A DNA stretch of 64,000 nucleotides from a virus: IMG/VR virus record IMGVR_UViG_3300045988_126426; one strand, 5' to 3'. Positions 39,137 through 48,210 of this stretch are shown here, in pieces (within the stretch, counting starts at the first letter, position 1; each line of letters begins with the position of its first letter). Position numbers and translations under genes: made by a program. The notes below the pieces were generated by a model that saw nothing but the letters and a program-made list of their open reading frames with translations, had not been told where the DNA came from and ran no database searches.

Positions 39137-40765
39137 ATGGCTAAGAAACAAAATAAAAATACGATGCAGATCAATAGAAAAATTACTTTAATTCCAGTTG
39201 CAAGTGACAATGATAGTTGGAAGAAGAAGATGAATACATATCTTGAAAAATTTTATTTTGACAAGAAGATTAAAGCCAAAGAAAGACAGATTAAAAATAC
39301 AAGTAAACCAGAAAGAAAAGACGAATATAAACAACAACTTGCAGAATATAAAAAGCAGCAAGAACAGTTCTTAAATGGTGAACTTGAAGATTATACAAAG
39401 CAGATGGTTATGAGTTATACATATGATTTGGTAAGAGACTGTATGGAAAGTGAAGCAAGACAGAAGAATTTCATCATGTCTTATATGTTCTCAGAGATGA
39501 TCAGAGAAAAGGTCTGCTACTTAAAAAACAAAAAAGAAAAGGAAAAATGGGTAAATGACAATATCAATGTTGCATTTAGAGTTAAAGGATCACCAAAGGG
39601 AAGTATCTTTGACGATGTTGAGATTTATAGTCCATTAAGAGCATTGAGTATTCAGGGATATACTCAGGAATTAAAGGGGAGAGTTAAGAAATTCGCCACT
39701 GATGGTGGTTTAGATGGGAAGTTGGCGGTTGATAATTATAAATTAGATTCGCCATTTCATATGTCAAAACAAGGATTTGATATTGTTCATGAATATGAAG
39801 ACTTGACAGAGCTTAAAAAGAACATTGGTAAATCAAGTTGTGAAATATATGTGAATCTTGGCAACGGTGGCGTTCCTACATTTGCAAGATTCCAATTAGA
39901 TTTTGGTCATAAAGGAAATCGAGAAGAGTTAATTTCTACAATTACAAAAGTGTTTACTGGTGAATATAAAGTATGCGGAAGTTCAATTCAGATTAATAAA
40001 AAGAATAAGATTATATTAAATCTTGGACTTGAAATTCCAAAAAGACTTACTGAATTAGATGAAAACACGGTAGTTGGAGTCGATCTTGGGTTAGCAGTTC
40101 CAGCTGTATGCTCTTTAAATAATAATCAGTATAAGAAAGAGTATATTGGGGACGGAGAAGCTTTTGTAAAACAGCGAGGCAAAATTCAAAAAGAAAAACA
40201 GAGATTATAAAAAGCATTAAAACTTTCAAAGGGTGGACATGGAAGAAAGAGAAAAATGTTAGCCTTAGAAAGGTTCAAAGAAAGAGAAGCAAATTTTGTA
40301 AATACTTATTGTCATAGAATCAGTAAAAAAGTTGTTGAATATGCACTTAAGAATAATGCCAAGTATATCAATATTGAGAATTTAAAAGGATATGATTCTA
40401 GTAAATTTATTCTGAGAAATTGGAGTTTCTACCAGCTTCAGCAAGATATTACATATAAAGCAGAAAGATATGGTATTGAAGTAAGAAAAGTCAATCCTGC
40501 GTTTACTTCTCAGGTATGTAGCTTTTGTGGTCATTGGGAATCTGGGCAGAGAATAAATCAGAAAACTTTTAAATGTGGAAATCCAAATTGCAAGAGTCAT
40601 AATCTTAAATTTTTCAATGCTGATTATAATGCTGCAAGAAATATTTCAATGTCAACATTATTTACAAGTGACAAATATAAGTTTGGGAAAGAATCTTTAC
40701 AAAAGGCAGCAGACTATTACGGAATTGACTTAGAAATTGATTCTGATGATCAAGAAATTGCTTAA
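39137..40765 (+). CDS. Cas12f (Cas14)/TnpB-like compact type V CRISPR effector, interrupted by a single in-frame TAA (40208-40210)
   Basis: ORFs 39137-40210 and 40256-40765 are in the same frame and bridge through 'KEKQRL*KALKLSKGGHGRKRKML'. RuvC-I 'VVGVDLGLAVPAVCS'; RuvC-II 'KYINIENLKG'; Zn finger 'CSFCGH...CGNPNC'; RuvC-III 'NADYNAARNIS'. 'KQYGIEVRKVNPAFTSQVCSFCGH' is Cas12f-like. A CRISPR array follows. Confidence 0.65.
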
Positions 40766-40842
40766 ATTATCGACTGTATATGGCATGTTTTGGATGAGGT
40801 GCCGAACTTCATCGATCATAGAATATATGATTATGCCAAAAG

Positions 40843-41176
40843 TGAGGTTTAGATAACACTCACTAAAATCTATGTGATTAGGTAACAAAGCTATACAAAA
40901 GAATTTGAGGTTTTATACCTATAAAAAATTACATAGGTACAAAACTGATGCTAATTTTGTCTTACATTTTTGGTAGATTGACACCTATAAAAAATCACAT
41001 AGGTACAAAACCAACTGAATTATTGAAGAAAGTAGAGGGATGATTGATACCTATAAAAATTGTATTTTAATACATGGCGTGTTCTGGAGAATTTATCTCG
41101 CTTATTTATTTGATAAGTACGCCAAAAGTGAGACCGAGTGGTACTCACTAAAATCTATGTTAATTGAATATTTGAG
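40843..41176 (+). other. array-proximal region: 3-4 degenerate repeat units at 66-bp phase plus two copies of a hairpin module; candidate tracrRNA/leader or trailer
   Basis: Degenerate units 'ACCTATAAAAAAT(T/C)ACATAGGTACAAAAC' at 40917, 40983 and 41049. Duplicated 'GCCAAAAGTGAG...CTCACTAAAATCTATGT' hairpins at 40843-40885 and 41119-41160. Confidence 0.4.
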
Positions 41177-41662
41177 GTACAAGACCTATCAAATTTAACA
41201 TAGGTACAGAACTTTTTCATGTTTTGTTCCTCTTTTCTTTTAGTACAAGACCTATCAAATTTAACATAGGTACAGAACTTTTTCATGTTTTGTTCCTCTT
41301 TTCTTTTAGTACAAGACCTATCAAATTTAACATAGGTACAGAACATGTTCTTCTGCATAGCATATAAATGACATGTACAAGACCTATCAAATTTAACATA
41401 GGTACAGAACATTTTCATGTTTTGTTCCTCTTTTCTTTTAGTACAAGACCTATCAAATTTAACATAGGTACAGAACTTTTTCATGTTTTGTTCCTCTTTT
41501 CTTTTAGTACAAGACCTATCAAATTTAACATAGGTACAGAACATGTTCTTCTGCATAGCATATAAATGACATGTACAAGACCTATCAAATTTAACATAGG
41601 TACAGAACATTGTTTGTGGTAGTCGCTAAACGCTTTCCGTTTAAGACCTATCAAATTTAACA
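41177..41662 (+). CRISPR. CRISPR array: 7 perfect 36-bp repeats (GTACAAGACCTATCAAATTTAACATAGGTACAGAAC) plus a truncated terminal repeat; 30-32-nt spacers
   Basis: Repeats start at 41177, 41243, 41309, 41375, 41441, 41507 and 41573. Spacer order is A,A,B,A',A,B,C, i.e. only 3 distinct spacers. The repeat has an internal hairpin ACCTAT/ATAGGT. Confidence 0.8.
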
Positions 41663-41857
41663 AAAACTAAAGGAATTTAAACAAAAAAAATAAAAACAAG
41701 ACAACAACGTAAACAAGAAATAAAACGATTTTTTGGTCAGTTGAGTCCTGAAGAATTGGACACGCTATTAGAAAGAAATGGAATTAATGACAAAGAGTCT
41801 GATGAGGCTCTTGCATATAGAATTATAAAAGAAGAAATTGAGAAAGGAGAGATATAA

Positions 41858-42184
41858 ATGGGAAAGAGATTGGTTGTAGCATTACTTGCAGGTAAACAAT
41901 CAGAATCGTTTACTGAAATACATGGTCAGTATGCAACTTCATTAACAGAATCTGAATGTAAAAATATAAGAACCTCTTTGGGCAATAGGCGTCCAAGTCA
42001 GCAGGATGTTAACAACGCAATTTGTGTGTTAATAGCAGATTTTTACGCATCTGGGGGATATGCATTAAATGTAGATATTACAAAATTTGATTGGACATTT
42101 GCACCGCCAAAAGAAATGACGGTTGCAGAAATCGAAAAAGAACTCGGTCATAAAGTAAAAATTGTAGAGGAGAAAGAAGAATGA
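41858..42184 (+). CDS. hypothetical protein
   Basis: 108 aa; RBS 'aaaggagag'. Confidence 0.4.
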   Translation: MGKRLVVALLAGKQSESFTEIHGQYATSLTESECKNIRTSLGNRRPSQQDVNNAICVLIADFYASGGYALNVDITKFDWTFAPPKEMTVAEIEKELGHKVKIVEEKEE

Positions 42185-43128
42185 AATGTTTTTATCACGT
42201 TGATCAAGACGGAATTGTATCTGGTTTTTACGTTAGAAAAGCTTGTGAACAGCGAGGTTTAGCATTTGAACCAGAGGACTTCCGAAAAATTAATTACGGC
42301 ATGAAATTCCCGTTTCATGACATTAAACAGGATGAATTTGTATTCATTGTAGACTACAGCATTGAGCCAGAAGAGATGTGGCAGTTGCTTAGTATCACAA
42401 AGAATGTATTCTGGATCGACCATCATCAATCTACGATTGAAACGTATAAAGATTTTAAGTGTGATGTGAAAGGAATTCGAATTACTGGAGAAGGTATTTC
42501 GGGAGCTAATCTGACATGGTTGTATTTTAAATATATGTGTGACGAAGATTGGGAGCAAATTGAGAGAGCGGATGAGAAATATGTGATGTCTTTATTACGA
42601 GAATTCTCTAAAAATACTCCTCAGTTGGCAAAATATACAGCTCTGTGGGATACGTTCTCGTGGAGTAAAAAATCGGAAGAATATGTCAAGGCGTTCCATT
42701 ATGCGTTTGAGTCATATGATTTTGATGCGTTAAGTCCACTGCTAAATACATTAAATGGAGATGAAGGAATTTATGAAGCAGTAAAATTCATTGACGATAT
42801 GATAAAAGATGGATTATCAATTATTGAGTATTTAGCAGCAAATGCAGAACAGTATCTCAGAGCATATGGTTTTGAAACCACATTTGAGAGATATAAAGTC
42901 TATGCGATTAACCGAGCATTAATAAATTCTGATTTCTTTGAATCTATTGATGGTTCTAAATACGATATGTTTATTGGTTTCTCGTTCAATGGAAATATGT
43001 GGGAATATCAGTTACGATCCGCAGAACAGGATAAGGTAAATGTATGTGAACTTGCCGTGAAATATGGTGGTGGCGGTCATCCGAATGCAGCTGGATTTAG
43101 AAGTGAGAAATATGTGTTAGGAGTGTGA
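42181..43128 (+). CDS. DHH/DHHA1 phosphoesterase (NrnA-like nanoRNase / pAp phosphatase family)
   Basis: 'HVDQDGIVSG', 'VFIVDYS', 'WIDHHQS' (DHH), and C-terminal 'GGGGHPNAAGF' (DHHA1). Confidence 0.65.
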   Translation: MKCFYHVDQDGIVSGFYVRKACEQRGLAFEPEDFRKINYGMKFPFHDIKQDEFVFIVDYSIEPEEMWQLLSITKNVFWIDHHQSTIETYKDFKCDVKGIRITGEGISGANLTWLYFKYMCDEDWEQIERADEKYVMSLLREFSKNTPQLAKYTALWDTFSWSKKSEEYVKAFHYAFESYDFDALSPLLNTLNGDEGIYEAVKFIDDMIKDGLSIIEYLAANAEQYLRAYGFETTFERYKVYAINRALINSDFFESIDGSKYDMFIGFSFNGNMWEYQLRSAEQDKVNVCELAVKYGGGGHPNAAGFRSEKYVLGV

Positions 43129-43131
43129 TGT

Positions 43132-43659
43132 ATGGATAATTGCAAAGTGAATTTTGTACATAAACAGCAGTATAAAGTATACAATCATTTTGAAAATCTC
43201 GAAAAGAAAATTGGATATGTTGAATTAAATAAGCTATATTATATCGCCCAGAATTACCACATGCCTGTTAATTTGTTGGAAGCTATGTTAAATCAAAATA
43301 TTGATACTATTGATTTATGTTTAAATAAAATTACACACCAATATAGAATCAAAGAAGTTGTTCCAGGAATAAATTTTGGCAATGAAATTATTTATAACAT
43401 ATTTGTCGAAGATGTTAATAGAGAAAATGCTTTATATGTGTCGAATGAATATTTAGAAATTACATCAAAAGAATGTGATGAATATCTGAGAAGAGTAAGA
43501 AATGAGTGTATTGCTAAATATAGTCATACTTTGGATGGGATGGCATGTCTGGATACTTATATTAAAAGAAAGTTGATTTGTACACATATTCAATTTGTAC
43601 AACATATGAACAACTTCATTAAAGAACAGGAGGATAAAAAATGTGAAGAAATTAAATGA
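43132..43659 (+). CDS. hypothetical protein
   Basis: 175 aa. Confidence 0.4.
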   Translation: MDNCKVNFVHKQQYKVYNHFENLEKKIGYVELNKLYYIAQNYHMPVNLLEAMLNQNIDTIDLCLNKITHQYRIKEVVPGINFGNEIIYNIFVEDVNRENALYVSNEYLEITSKECDEYLRRVRNECIAKYSHTLDGMACLDTYIKRKLICTHIQFVQHMNNFIKEQEDKKCEEIK

Positions 43660-44194
43660 TGAACAGCGAAAGCTGATTGAAGATAACTATTCTTTGATTT
43701 GGCATTTACATGAAAAATATTTTACAAAGTTTAAAGATTTTGATACATATATGGATCTTGGTCGTATGGCAATTTGCAAAGCAGCATTAAAATGGGATGA
43801 GTCTAAAGGTAATTTTGGGACGTATTTTAGATGGGTATTACAGTCAGAAATTAATAAATATTATATAAAATGGCATAGCCCAACAGAGAAAATGAACAGA
43901 AATGCGGAATCATTGGATACACCTGTTGACAAAAGAGTTGACGCAGAAGAATTAACAATTGGTAGTTTGCTTGTGAGTAACGATGACGTAGAGAGTCAAG
44001 CACTAACAACAGTATATTATCAAGGAGAATTTAACAAATTGTCAGACAAGCAGAAGAAAATTATATATATGTTACTTGATGATATTGAACATAAATACAT
44101 AGCCAAAGAATTTGGAAAGAGTATTCAATGGGTAAGTTGGCAACTTGGTAATATTAAAAAATTAATGCATAGGGCAAAGGCGGTGAGACCATGA
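43643..44194 (+). CDS. sigma-70 family RNA polymerase sigma factor (compact, ECF/phage-type)
   Basis: GTG start after 'aggagg'; region-2-like 'YMDLGRMAICKAALKWDESKGNFGTYFRWVLQSEI'; region-4 HTH 'KYIAKEFGKSIQWVSWQLGNIKKL'. Confidence 0.65.
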   Translation: MKKLNDEQRKLIEDNYSLIWHLHEKYFTKFKDFDTYMDLGRMAICKAALKWDESKGNFGTYFRWVLQSEINKYYIKWHSPTEKMNRNAESLDTPVDKRVDAEELTIGSLLVSNDDVESQALTTVYYQGEFNKLSDKQKKIIYMLLDDIEHKYIAKEFGKSIQWVSWQLGNIKKLMHRAKAVRP

Positions 44195-45021
44195 CAATTG
44201 AAGAAGTAAAGGATTACATCAACTCGTCTACAGAGTATGACTTTTTGCGAGATTATCCGCATAAAATTGCTTTTCTAACATTAGGTGGAAGTTATGCCTA
44301 TGGAACAAATACAGAGGATTCTGACATTGATTTGCGTGGCGTTTTCCTTAGTGATAAAAGAGAGATTTTGTTGAATAATAGTATGAAATCGGTAGACGCC
44401 AGCAAAGACACTGATACTGTAATGTATGCATTAAAAAAATATATTGACTTATGTGCCAAAGGGAATCCTACAGCATTAGAGTTGTTGTATAATCGTCCAG
44501 AATGCTATTTATATGTATCCGATATTGGTATGGAGTTGATTAAAAATCGAGACATGTTTTTATCAAAGAAAATTTGGTATGCATTTAACGGATATTCACA
44601 GGCTTTAGAAGAACAAACAATCAGATTGTATGACGAAACTATCTTAACAGAAGATCAGATTAATTTAGTAAAGAAGAAGGTTTGTAAGGCGATGATGCAT
44701 GTAATTAGAGTAATACACAATGGAACAGCGTTATTGACAACATCTACAATGCAAACTTACAACTTCGAGCTTCTCAGGCAAAGTTTATTATTACTGAGAG
44801 ACGGAGCTTATTGTAGTAGTATGGTGATCAAAGGAAGAGCGACTGATGATATAATCAAACGATTTGTTCCATCTAATGATTTTGGGGAGCTATTTGATTG
44901 CTTTTATCAAGCTTTTGAAAACGCATTTAAAACTACAACTTTGCCAGACGAACCAGACTGGGATCGTATCAATAACTTCTTGATGACAACAAATGAACGA
45001 ATTGTGAGAGGAATGGTGTAA
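44191..45021 (+). CDS. nucleotidyltransferase (Pol-beta superfamily, GS...D.D motif)
   Basis: 'LTLGGSYAYGTNTEDSDIDLRGVF'. Confidence 0.55.
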   Translation: MTIEEVKDYINSSTEYDFLRDYPHKIAFLTLGGSYAYGTNTEDSDIDLRGVFLSDKREILLNNSMKSVDASKDTDTVMYALKKYIDLCAKGNPTALELLYNRPECYLYVSDIGMELIKNRDMFLSKKIWYAFNGYSQALEEQTIRLYDETILTEDQINLVKKKVCKAMMHVIRVIHNGTALLTTSTMQTYNFELLRQSLLLLRDGAYCSSMVIKGRATDDIIKRFVPSNDFGELFDCFYQAFENAFKTTTLPDEPDWDRINNFLMTTNERIVRGMV

Positions 45022-45023
45022 AA

Positions 45024-45293
45024 ATGTATGTAAAGATTGGAGACGAAATTGCTTTTCATCCTGGCGAATGCTTAGAAGAATTTGTTGAATCTTGCAGGAT
45101 GACTCCTTATCAGATTGCGAGTAAAATTGGCATAGATGTTGATTATGTGCAAGGGCTGATTAACGGATCACAAAGTGTTACAAAAGAATTTGCGAAAACA
45201 ATGGCAGACCATTATGGGTTTGTTAATGATGGACAGTTCTGGTTAAATTTGCAAGAAACATTTGATAAGAAAGTAGGTGATAGAGATGTTTAA
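45024..45293 (+). CDS. HigA/VapI-like HTH antitoxin-type regulator
   Basis: 'FHPGECLEEF...MTPYQIASKIGIDVDYVQGLINGSQSVTKEFAKTMADHYG'. Confidence 0.5.
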   Translation: MYVKIGDEIAFHPGECLEEFVESCRMTPYQIASKIGIDVDYVQGLINGSQSVTKEFAKTMADHYGFVNDGQFWLNLQETFDKKVGDRDV

Positions 45294-45792
45294 TTTGTTG
45301 AAAAGTGATGTAAAATTTGACAAGGAATATACCGTTAAAGAATTTATTGAAGAAATGATGCAAACAAGAGTTGGGGATTGGGGATGTATCAATATTTATG
45401 ATAATGCGAAGCGTATTGAACAATTAGAATATGATACGGCAGGATATTATGTTGCATCAGACAATGAAGATCATAAGATTAAAAAGGCATATGCAGTCCG
45501 TAGAGGCTCAAGAACGGATTATAATATCTGTATTGAATATCAAAAACAGAAGCCGAATAAAGCAGCAAAAGGTTCACTTCGATTCATTGTCAAAAAACCA
45601 AATGAGGAAGAATCAGTGGTGGTTATTTTTAAGAACAAATTCGATGGCACATATTCATTTGTTAATTTGACAAAAGAGCATATTTGTTCATGTAAATTTA
45701 AAACAATTGAGGAAGCCATTCAGGATATGAATGACCGACTAAGGAAAGGATTGATTGAATCATATGTTGTGAAAGGAGAAATGAAGCAGTGA
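45277..45792 (+). CDS. hypothetical protein
   Basis: 171 aa. Confidence 0.4.
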   Translation: MIEMFNLLKSDVKFDKEYTVKEFIEEMMQTRVGDWGCINIYDNAKRIEQLEYDTAGYYVASDNEDHKIKKAYAVRRGSRTDYNICIEYQKQKPNKAAKGSLRFIVKKPNEEESVVVIFKNKFDGTYSFVNLTKEHICSCKFKTIEEAIQDMNDRLRKGLIESYVVKGEMKQ

Positions 45793-46268
45793 GTGACGTA
45801 TTTCAGATTTATCTTGCAGGTGGTATGCAAAATTTATCTTTTGAGGAACAGAATGAGTGGCGAGAAAAACTCTGCGATAATATCATGATACAATGTTATA
45901 AAATTAATGTAGACACCAAAGCAGTTAATATTATCAATCCTGTAGATTATTATAATTTTGATAAAAAATTACATAAGACAGAAAAAGAAGTTATGAATTT
46001 TGATACCAATTTTGTACGAAACAGCGATTTAATTATTGTTAATGCAAACGACCCTAAAAGTATTGGAACTTCTATGGAGATTGCAATTGCCCATGAGCAT
46101 CGGATTCCTATATTGATTTTAAATGATGGAACCAGGAAATTGCATCCTTGGTGGACTGAAATGGCAGATAGGGTATTTGATGATTTTGAAACATTATGCA
46201 CATATGTAGTGGATTTTTATATCAAAATGGAACATTATAGTGTGATACATAACGTGCTGATAAAATAG
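45789..46268 (+). CDS. nucleoside 2-deoxyribosyltransferase-like protein
   Basis: 'IYLAGGM' N-terminus and 'SDLIIVNANDPKSIGTSMEIAIAHEHRIPILIL'. Confidence 0.55.
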   Translation: MSDVFQIYLAGGMQNLSFEEQNEWREKLCDNIMIQCYKINVDTKAVNIINPVDYYNFDKKLHKTEKEVMNFDTNFVRNSDLIIVNANDPKSIGTSMEIAIAHEHRIPILILNDGTRKLHPWWTEMADRVFDDFETLCTYVVDFYIKMEHYSVIHNVLIK

Positions 46269-46410
46269 GAATTTGAGACAAAATGAAAGGAGTTGAAGCA
46301 CTATCACAGCAGAAAAACAAGGCAAGTTTATTATTTTCCATCTGGATGATGGTAAAACTTGCAAATATGATTTATCAAATGGTGATTGCTATGGCAAAAG
46401 TGGTAAGAAA

Positions 46411-47442
46411 GTGAAAGCTTTAAATAATATTCTGTCTGGACATTCAGCTGATGAATTGGATAAATTGTTTGTATCCAATCCACATTATGCAGAGTTTCTA
46501 AAATATGTAAACTGGCGAAGAAATTGCGAATGTGGTAGAACTACGTGGGGCTTTATTGATTATAATTTGGGAACATTATTCAAATATGCAAGTCAATATT
46601 CTATGTGCGAGCAGTTCTTTGCTATAGGGTTTACACACAAACAAGTCACAGAAGATTTTAAATATTCAATTAATGAAGTACCAAAATGGTTGAGAAATTA
46701 TTGTCTTGGTGTGAAGAATAGACGATTGTTAAGTAATGATTTTGTTGATTTTTACAAAAAATATCCAGATTATGTTCAAACAATTCTTCAGACACAATAT
46801 ATGACCTTGATTCAATCCGACTTGATGTTCTTTTTTGCTAATCGTAACACAAATTATTATATGGATATATTAACGTCTTTGAATAAGGATTATGAATATA
46901 ATCTCGCAGATGTATTTGTTTATATGGATAAGATAATGACGTTTGAAGCAATTGATGCTATGAATTGGTTACTCAAAGAATTATATGATTATGCTCGTAT
47001 GATGGACGCAATCAGTCATAAATTTGATAGATATCCAAGGCATTTCAAAACAACAATGGATATTGTTACAAGAAATTATAAGAGATTGAAAAAGGAATTT
47101 TCGGAAGAAGTCTTCAAGAAACGTATTAATAAAGAATACGAATTTACATATAAAGGTTTGAGATTCTTTTATCCAGATTCCACTCAAGACATTAAAGACG
47201 AAGCGGTGCAGCAAAATAATTGTGTGGCAAGTTACATAGATCGAGTCATTGATGGCGAATGCCATATTATGTTCTTGAGAAGAGTAAAAGAACCAAACAA
47301 ATCGTTAGTGACGATTGAAATACAAAATGGACGAATCGTACAAGCGCTGCAAAGATTCAATGATCCTCTAACCGCTGATCAGCAAGAAGCGGTCGATGCA
47401 TGGAATGAACATTTTAGCAAGAAAGGTAAGGTGGCAGCATGA
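46411..47442 (+). CDS. hypothetical protein (possibly PcfJ-like)
   Basis: 343 aa; 'QNNCVASYIDRVIDGECHIMFLRR' segment; weak recollection only. Confidence 0.3.
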   Translation: MKALNNILSGHSADELDKLFVSNPHYAEFLKYVNWRRNCECGRTTWGFIDYNLGTLFKYASQYSMCEQFFAIGFTHKQVTEDFKYSINEVPKWLRNYCLGVKNRRLLSNDFVDFYKKYPDYVQTILQTQYMTLIQSDLMFFFANRNTNYYMDILTSLNKDYEYNLADVFVYMDKIMTFEAIDAMNWLLKELYDYARMMDAISHKFDRYPRHFKTTMDIVTRNYKRLKKEFSEEVFKKRINKEYEFTYKGLRFFYPDSTQDIKDEAVQQNNCVASYIDRVIDGECHIMFLRRVKEPNKSLVTIEIQNGRIVQALQRFNDPLTADQQEAVDAWNEHFSKKGKVAA

Positions 47443-47981
47443 TTAATATTAATGAATTAACTACAGACCATAAGATTAAATTAAAGAAACCAATGGGATG
47501 TTTCGATAATCTTGGTGAGGTATGTGAGATTGTTAAGATTGATACAGATGAAAATGTTATCAATTTTAGATTTGGAGCAAATGGAGTGCATATTGGCGTG
47601 ATGTCGGGAGATGAATTAGAAAAATATTTTGATGTCATTGAACCTGCTGTTGTACCAGATGATTATGAGTGGCATCCATATGGGTTTATTGACGGATATC
47701 AGGTTGAATATCGGGCGCTTAAGAACGGTAGTATTTTGATGGAGACTGCATACGATGGAGATGATGGAACAATTTCTGTGGAGTATTGTCATCCTGAAAA
47801 TCCTTATCGGCAAATTAAAAATGGGCAAAGAGGTAAGTTTTATGAAGATGATTTAAAGGTTGCTTTTTTCAAATTACAGAAATCATATTATGGTCAATTA
47901 TATGAAGATATACAAGAAGAAGTCATGTTGGATTTTGTTAAAAATAAAGACAAATTAGAGCCAGTTGAAGTCAATGAATAG
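47439..47981 (+). CDS. hypothetical protein
   Basis: 180 aa. Confidence 0.4.
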   Translation: MININELTTDHKIKLKKPMGCFDNLGEVCEIVKIDTDENVINFRFGANGVHIGVMSGDELEKYFDVIEPAVVPDDYEWHPYGFIDGYQVEYRALKNGSILMETAYDGDDGTISVEYCHPENPYRQIKNGQRGKFYEDDLKVAFFKLQKSYYGQLYEDIQEEVMLDFVKNKDKLEPVEVNE

Positions 47982-47990
47982 TAGGATGCA

Positions 47991-48194
47991 ATGATAGATA
48001 ATGTTAAATTAACAATCAGAATATTTTCAATTGCTGTGTGCGTATTGTTGTATGTAGTTGCTTGGGTTTGGTTCATAATTACTGGTTGTGATGATTCATA
48101 TAATTGGGATTTAACTGAATGTAGGATATTTTTCTTATGGGTTATGTTCCATGTATCATGCTTAATTGGAATAATTTTGTGGACTTGGTGCTAG
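47991..48194 (+). CDS. small membrane protein
   Basis: 67 aa, two TM helices. Confidence 0.35.
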   Translation: MIDNVKLTIRIFSIAVCVLLYVVAWVWFIITGCDDSYNWDLTECRIFFLWVMFHVSCLIGIILWTWC

Positions 48195-48210
48195 AAAGAG
48201 GTGATGTAAA

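Noticed and set aside
40208-40210. Alternative genetic code (TAA recoded) as the explanation for the in-frame stop in the Cas12f-like gene
   Set aside because: Many neighbouring genes terminate with TAA (e.g. 4330-4332, 40763-40765), and long ORFs such as 59624-62788 are intact under code 11.
41155-41663. ORFs 41155-41610 (-), 41368-41565 (+) and 41481-41663 (-) with internally repeated peptides
   Set aside because: They are translations of the CRISPR repeat-spacer array (periodic 22-aa repeats) and not genes.
41741-41857. Possible 38-aa TTG-initiated ORF (SPEELDTLLERNGINDKESDEALAYRIIKEEIEKGEI) in the A-rich region right of the array
   Set aside because: No ATG and no SD; it may be leader sequence. 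Coding-like composition is noted but unsupported.
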